Virus record (IMG/VR): IMGVR_UViG_3300021424_000003
Coordinates: 32,001 to 96,000 of that record
DNA from: a virus
Strand: one strand, 5' to 3'
DNA length: 64,000 nt
Below are positions 59,385 through 64,000 of this stretch, piece after piece. The notes under the pieces were generated by a model. It searched no databases and was not told the DNA's origin. It worked only from the letters and a program-made list of their open reading frames with translations. How positions within the stretch are numbered: the stretch's first letter is position 1; each line of letters begins with the position of its first letter. A program made the position numbers and the translations under genes.

Positions 59385-60029
59385 ATGACAAACGACAAAA
59401 ACAAGCCCATATCTCGAGAATTCCTCAGTGAAAGAGATGCTCGCATATTTAAGATGCGGCAGGCCGGAACATCGACTTCAGAAATAGCGAGACGGTTCGG
59501 GGTGACAACTAGGGCAGTCTCTAAGGCCATTCAGCGCCAGCTAGAGAAGATGAATCAAGAAACGATGATGGCATACCCAGAGGTCCTCAGAATGGAGCTA
59601 GAGCGCTTAGACAGCCTCCAGCAGGCAATATGGCCGATGACTCAGCATCGTAAGGTCAAAATGGACGACGGCTCAGAGGTGCCCGTTGAGCCGGATATGA
59701 AAGCGATTCAACAAGTTCTTTCTATTATGGATAGAAGAACGAAATTGCTCGGTATGGACCACGTAAATCTAAACGTGCAGATGGATATGAACCAAATAAA
59801 TTCCGACCCAATTAAGGTCACTCTTGCCGGTGCCCTGGGAAATCAGGAAAGCGAAAAATTTGACCCCGAATCGGAGGCCAAAAAACTGCTCGAACTTATG
59901 GGCGCTTCAGGGATACTCCCACCGGCTATGGTTAAGAAACTGCTTGATGGCGATAGCGATGTAATAGACGCAGACATCGTCGAAGACGAAATGGTCGCTG
60001 AGGGAGAATTAATAACTGAGGATGAGTGA
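59385..60029 (+). CDS. Probable terminase small subunit (HTH protein)
   Basis: HTH (MRQAG.STSEIARRFGV) then ELERLD.L...IW...AI..VL.IMDRR.KLLG, a pattern typical of actinophage TerS. Confidence 0.6.
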   Translation: MTNDKNKPISREFLSERDARIFKMRQAGTSTSEIARRFGVTTRAVSKAIQRQLEKMNQETMMAYPEVLRMELERLDSLQQAIWPMTQHRKVKMDDGSEVPVEPDMKAIQQVLSIMDRRTKLLGMDHVNLNVQMDMNQINSDPIKVTLAGALGNQESEKFDPESEAKKLLELMGASGILPPAMVKKLLDGDSDVIDADIVEDEMVAEGELITEDE

Positions 60030-60360
60030 GAAAAACTCTATGAGAAAAGCTATGGACAAGGTAGTTGGCGAAATGCCCAATCTATCCGTTGCACCAATGA
60101 CCAAAGACGACGATGGGCCAGTAGACAAGCAGGTTCTAATCCGCGTAAACGAAAAAGACCGAGCGAAATGGAAAAAAGCAGCCGAAGTAAGCGGAGTGAA
60201 TTTATCAACCTGGATTAGGCACGTTCTGAACGCAGCGGCCACCGATTTGCTTGAGTGCGGACACCCCATTAATCGACGGAAATACTATCCATGGGCGGAG
60301 TTCTGCCTAGATTGTGGTATGCGTCTTTCCGAAAAGCGACCTTCCGCTAGCAAACTATAA
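60022..60360 (+). CDS. Ribbon-helix-helix protein with C-terminal Zn finger
   Basis: VLIRV....RAKWKKAAE..G.NLSTWIR..LN; CGH...CLDCG. Confidence 0.7.
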   Translation: MSEKNSMRKAMDKVVGEMPNLSVAPMTKDDDGPVDKQVLIRVNEKDRAKWKKAAEVSGVNLSTWIRHVLNAAATDLLECGHPINRRKYYPWAEFCLDCGMRLSEKRPSASKL

Positions 60361-60382
60361 TTAAAAGTACAATGCATTCGTT

Positions 60383-61456
60383 ATGGAAAAAAACAATTCC
60401 GGCCAACCACGTCGCCGCAGCATAGTCTCCGTTGACCCGGAAGCCCCTCGAAGAAAAATAACCGGCAAAAGAATGCCGAATATCAATATTGAGAGAAAAT
60501 CAATAGAACCATCTCTTATAAAAGCCTTAGATTCGGCCGAGAGGACAGTCGCGCCGATAACTAGGCCGCCCCTCGCCGATGGACGGTCAATGTATTTTGG
60601 AATGACACCATCAGAGATATCAAAGATGTGTGTTCCTATGTCAAGAGACGAGCAATTTACCTCTCTGGTAAAGATGAATTCGCTCGATAAATCAAATAAA
60701 GAAATAATTGAACCGTTTAGAAAAAGATTCGATAAATGGGCAGAAAATAAGTCTAACGCCGTTGATTTTTCCACTGGCCCCCTATCGCAGCTGCGCACCG
60801 CAGTCGAAAGGGCACTACTGGAATCAAGCGAGTTTCTAAATGCCGTGCACAAATATGGCATGCCATCACTCGTTATTCGTTCTGAATCTGCAGAGAAAAG
60901 TTTGATGGAAACAGGATTTATCAAAGAACATCTTGATGCAGCAGAAAAATCAGACCAGAGCATTGATTTCGTTCATTCAGTATTTGACCCGTTTGGCAAT
61001 GAAATAAGTTTTTCCCCCAAATCTCTAATACCGAGGGAGGCACTCGACGGCTCCCCAGAAAGCGGAGACATACAAATAGATTCGTCATTCTCTGGACACC
61101 TGCGTCATGAGTGGGGCCACTATTTGCACATAGCGGTCCTCAATGACTCTGAAAGGTCTGTTGGCATAGGGTCGCTCAAGAACAGGGAAAGTTCTCGACT
61201 GCTTGAAATAGCGGAAAAATATTGCTCGAATCAACCGCTATCTAAATACAGGGCAATACCGTTCGGGGATACGCCGGATACGCCGAGAGCCATATCGCAG
61301 CTTTCTCACGAAAGTCTTCTGGAAATGTTTGCGGAGGGCATATCCGCCTACTTGCATCCAGACGCAGAAGTAGGGCGGAAATCAATCAACTCTGTTTTGC
61401 GTAAAGACATAGAAACTATTCTGGGAGTCGTCCCGGATGAGCCTGAAATTCAATAA
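60383..61456 (+). CDS. Zincin-like metallopeptidase
   Basis: RHEWGHYLH plus downstream EMFAEG. Confidence 0.7.
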   Translation: MEKNNSGQPRRRSIVSVDPEAPRRKITGKRMPNINIERKSIEPSLIKALDSAERTVAPITRPPLADGRSMYFGMTPSEISKMCVPMSRDEQFTSLVKMNSLDKSNKEIIEPFRKRFDKWAENKSNAVDFSTGPLSQLRTAVERALLESSEFLNAVHKYGMPSLVIRSESAEKSLMETGFIKEHLDAAEKSDQSIDFVHSVFDPFGNEISFSPKSLIPREALDGSPESGDIQIDSSFSGHLRHEWGHYLHIAVLNDSERSVGIGSLKNRESSRLLEIAEKYCSNQPLSKYRAIPFGDTPDTPRAISQLSHESLLEMFAEGISAYLHPDAEVGRKSINSVLRKDIETILGVVPDEPEIQ

Positions 61457-61635
61457 TGACCATGCCACGCTTTGAGGATAGTGACGACCTCTACGATGAA
61501 TACCAGCGCTATGCACAGGGGGCTCATGGTGAGCCGGAAGATTACGACACGTGGCTTGAATCGGAATACGGCAGAACCAAGCGTAAACGCCCTAAAAAGC
61601 AAAAGCCCATAAGGTTTGATAGGGACGGTGACTAA
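61456..61635 (+). CDS. Small hypothetical protein (59 aa; acidic then basic)
   Basis: Read by hand: MTMPRFEDSDDLYDEY...FDRDGD*; TAATG overlap. Confidence 0.55.
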   Translation: MTMPRFEDSDDLYDEYQRYAQGAHGEPEDYDTWLESEYGRTKRKRPKKQKPIRFDRDGD

Positions 61636-61638
61636 ACT

Positions 61639-61827
61639 ATGTCAACAATTTTCGGCTCAACCAAGGAGCCAAACTCAACCGCCCTGATTCGAATACTGAA
61701 CTCTCAAATGCTCAGACAAAACGACTCGCTGATGGACGCGATAGCCATCGACGAGAGCGAATCCAAGAGTAAGCTTCCATCTCGAGAAGAGCGACTTAAG
61801 ATGTCCCTAACAGAGACAAAAGAGTAG
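61639..61827 (+). CDS. Hypothetical protein
   Basis: 62-aa ORF in operon. Confidence 0.45.
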   Translation: MSTIFGSTKEPNSTALIRILNSQMLRQNDSLMDAIAIDESESKSKLPSREERLKMSLTETKE

Positions 61828-61837
61828 GAACTAAGTT

Positions 61838-62047
61838 CTACTTTTCTGCCTTCATTAGTTCCTTGAGTTCGGCCGCAAGAATATTCTCGTAGTCCTCTGG
61901 GTAACGATGCTGCAAAACGATGAGGGCACGGCGACGAGCCTCCTGTCGGATGGTCATGAGACGCTTCCGTTCGGCCCTTTCGCCTTCGGACAGCCTCGGC
62001 CGACCCCTGTGAAGCCCCTTGTTCTTGAGCTTGCTGTACTCGGACAT
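61838..62047 (-). CDS. Small basic DNA-binding protein (RGRP motif)
   Basis: HRGRPRLSE; aggag RBS upstream. Confidence 0.6.
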   Translation of the reverse strand: MSEYSKLKNKGLHRGRPRLSEGERAERKRLMTIRQEARRRALIVLQHRYPEDYENILAAELKELMKAEK

Positions 62048-62147
62048 TGAAATTCCTCCGTTTTATGTAGGTGGTAAGAATATATGCCATCTAAATACCC
62101 GATGCAACCCCCAACCGAGATTTTTTTTCTACTAATATCTCGCTACT

Positions 62148-62333
62148 ATGACTGAACTAGACAAATACCTAACAGAATTATCTGAAATGTATGTTTATGA
62201 CCAATTCTTTAGAGTTTCTATCTCAAGTGTTATAGATAGGCTTTTGGAGATAAGAAACAGCCTAGAACAGAATGCGGTTGTAATGGACGGGGACGAAATG
62301 GTGAAGCATTTTAACCGAAAGGGCCCCAAATGA
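62148..62333 (+). CDS. Hypothetical protein
   Basis: 61-aa ORF coupled to the next gene. Confidence 0.55.
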   Translation: MTELDKYLTELSEMYVYDQFFRVSISSVIDRLLEIRNSLEQNAVVMDGDEMVKHFNRKGPK

Positions 62334-62560
62334 CAGAGTTGCAGTGGTCCTGGCTGCTCGCCGGGATGGGCGTTATGGGGATGTACTTCGTTGGGAAAAA
62401 GAGGTGGGAGGCATTTCTCTGGCTAATCGTTATGGAGTGCCTCTGGGTAGTCTTTGCCATACAAACCCGGACATATGGGTTTATATTGGGGTCAATTGCC
62501 TATATTCTCGTTTACCTGAGAAACGTCAAACACTGGAGGAGCGGTGGAACAGGTCGCTAA
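62330..62560 (+). CDS. Small membrane protein
   Basis: Three hydrophobic segments. Confidence 0.65.
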   Translation: MTELQWSWLLAGMGVMGMYFVGKKRWEAFLWLIVMECLWVVFAIQTRTYGFILGSIAYILVYLRNVKHWRSGGTGR

Positions 62561-62768
62561 TGTCTGGATTATATTTTTTCTCGCTGTTTTTTACCTGTTG
62601 ATGAAGTCTTCGTCTGGCGATAGCTGGAAAGACTAGCGACCCTACGGTGGGCTCTTCTTTTCCTATCGCTACTGAGGTGGGCGTAAGTTTCGTTTAGTAA
62701 AAATTCCATTGGACAATGGTATTGAGAAGTGATAAACCACAGTGTAAGTTTCGTGTGACATGGCACAC

Positions 62769-62848
62769 GGGCTTGTGGCGGAACTGGCAGACGCGCAGGA
62801 TTTAGGTTCCTGTTCTACGGAGTGAGGGTTCGACTCCCTCCAGGCCCA
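62769..62848 (+). tRNA. tRNA-Leu(TAG)
   Basis: gggcttg/caggccc acceptor, cagga-tttaggt-tcctg anticodon arm, gttcga T-loop. Confidence 0.9.
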
Positions 62849-62867
62849 CCGAACAATCAGAGGAACA

Positions 62868-63065
62868 ATGAGCGACAATTTCAAAGAAGAGACCTTCATC
62901 ACGGAAGATGTGGAATGGCTTTCTGCAAGCCTTTACTTCTCAAAAAAAATAAAATCCCTTGAAGAGAGAATTAAAAGTCTTGAGTCGTCTCTTATGAATG
63001 CGAAAGATAGGGCCATAACGGCTGAAGAAATGATAAGAAAGATAGAGAGGGCCCTAAGTGAGTGA
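62868..63065 (+). CDS. Small coiled-coil protein
   Basis: 65 aa with gagg RBS. Confidence 0.55.
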   Translation: MSDNFKEETFITEDVEWLSASLYFSKKIKSLEERIKSLESSLMNAKDRAITAEEMIRKIERALSE

Positions 63066-63252
63066 ATACAGTATGGACGAGCTCGGAGAAGACCTTCGAC
63101 TCTTAATTAAGGCCGGTCTTGTCGATATTTCGATTAAGGAAAATGGCGATTGGGTGTACAGAGCCGTCGATGGGGTTTCCGATATTTCTACCGAACAAAT
63201 TCTTGCGGCCATCAATGCAGTAATAGAAGAAGAAGAATCAGAAGGTGTTTAA
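63058..63252 (+). CDS. Small hypothetical protein (winged-helix-like fragment)
   Basis: L..LIKAGLVDI....G.WVY. Confidence 0.5.
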   Translation: MSEYSMDELGEDLRLLIKAGLVDISIKENGDWVYRAVDGVSDISTEQILAAINAVIEEEESEGV

Positions 63253-63257
63253 TACGC

Positions 63258-63331
63258 CCGAACGTGGCGCAGCTTGGTAGCGCACCTGCTTTGGGAGCAG
63301 GGGGCCGCAGGTTCAAATCCTGCCGTTCGGA
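63258..63331 (+). tRNA. tRNA-Pro(TGG)
   Basis: ccgaacg/cgttcgg acceptor; cctgc-tttggga-gcagg anticodon arm. Confidence 0.92.
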
Positions 63332-63340
63332 CTGGCGCAA

Positions 63341-63414
63341 CCGAACATAGCCCAATTGGCAGAGGCAGGGGACTTAAAATCCCCTCAGTGCAGGTTCGAG
63401 TCCTGCTGTTCGGA
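63341..63414 (+). tRNA. tRNA-Leu(TAA) with short variable loop
   Basis: ccgaaca/tgttcgg acceptor; gggga-cttaaaa-tcccc anticodon arm; 5-nt variable region. Confidence 0.85.
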
Positions 63415-63439
63415 CACATGGCACGTAGAATGAACGCTG

Positions 63440-63745
63440 ATGAATAACATAAAAGTCATCTTCATCTTTTTTGGGAAGATTTTTTTAGCCATTAAAACCA
63501 TGTCCTCACCGTCCTATTGGACGCGCGCCAACACCCTGGAGGCATGTGGATTTGCCACAAAAATTGCAATTATCTTTCCTGGTCTTCTATTTGGCAAACA
63601 GTTCTGGTGGATATACATTTTTGCAATTATTTCCAGCATTGCACTCATCTGGACATCCACAGTAAAAACGCTCCCCACCATAATCATTTTCAACGTTTTA
63701 TGGGTAGTCCTTGCTTCCACGGCAATAATAAAACATTTCTCCTAG
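63440..63745 (+). CDS. Membrane protein
   Basis: Several hydrophobic segments; TAGAAT 8 nt upstream of ATG. Confidence 0.65.
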   Translation: MNNIKVIFIFFGKIFLAIKTMSSPSYWTRANTLEACGFATKIAIIFPGLLFGKQFWWIYIFAIISSIALIWTSTVKTLPTIIIFNVLWVVLASTAIIKHFS

Positions 63746-63750
63746 CTCGA

Positions 63751-63823
63751 GCCCCTATAGCTCAGTTGGTAGAGCAGCGGACTTTTAATCCGTGGGTCGC
63801 AGGTTCGAGCCCTGCTGGGGGTA
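63751..63823 (+). tRNA. tRNA-Lys(TTT)
   Basis: gccccta/tgggggt acceptor; gcgga-cttttaa-tccgt anticodon arm. Confidence 0.92.
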
Positions 63824-63927
63824 CAAAATAAAACATAAAATTGCTTATTATTCGGTTGAACTATCCTGATGAATAAGATATGGTTGCGTCGCTTGATGGG
63901 GAAATTTCGAACGTAAAAGCGAAAAGG

Positions 63928-64000
<73 letters not shown>

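Noticed and set aside
62560-62765. Possible ncRNA or broken small membrane ORF before the tRNA cluster
   Set aside because: No convincing cloverleaf, stem set or intact ORF; not supportable by eye.

Overview
A 64-kb stretch of a large tailed phage with a contractile tail (sheath plus tube) and an HK97-type head. The host is most likely actinobacterial, based on a WhiB gene and many apparently leaderless genes. The minus strand (1-18.7 kb) carries the tape measure, tail chaperone with a -1 frameshift extension, tube, sheath, neck genes, a ParB/PAPS-reductase (IbrAB-like) cluster, RuvC, HNH, a RecB-type exonuclease, a Rad52-like annealase and the large terminase. The plus strand (18.8-53.3 kb) carries a greatly expanded head module: portal, a 4736-aa protein, several other large uncharacterised proteins and the major capsid protein. 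Beyond that lie a class II RNR, WhiB, primase-helicase, a probable small terminase, a zincin and five tRNAs. The main observation is the 4736-aa protein. It is an HK97-type prohead protease fused to a chain of cargo modules (sigma-r4-like HTHs, KTSC, SF1 helicase, DEDDh exonuclease, ArdC/zincin). Twenty copies of a protein-level motif x-[FLM]-S-S-G (mostly R at x) fall between these modules and not inside the recognisable domains. The same motif recurs in the neighbouring ~2200-aa protein and twice in the tape measure. This suggests a motif-punctuated virion polyprotein processing or ejection system. All domain calls are by eye from motifs; no database search was run.
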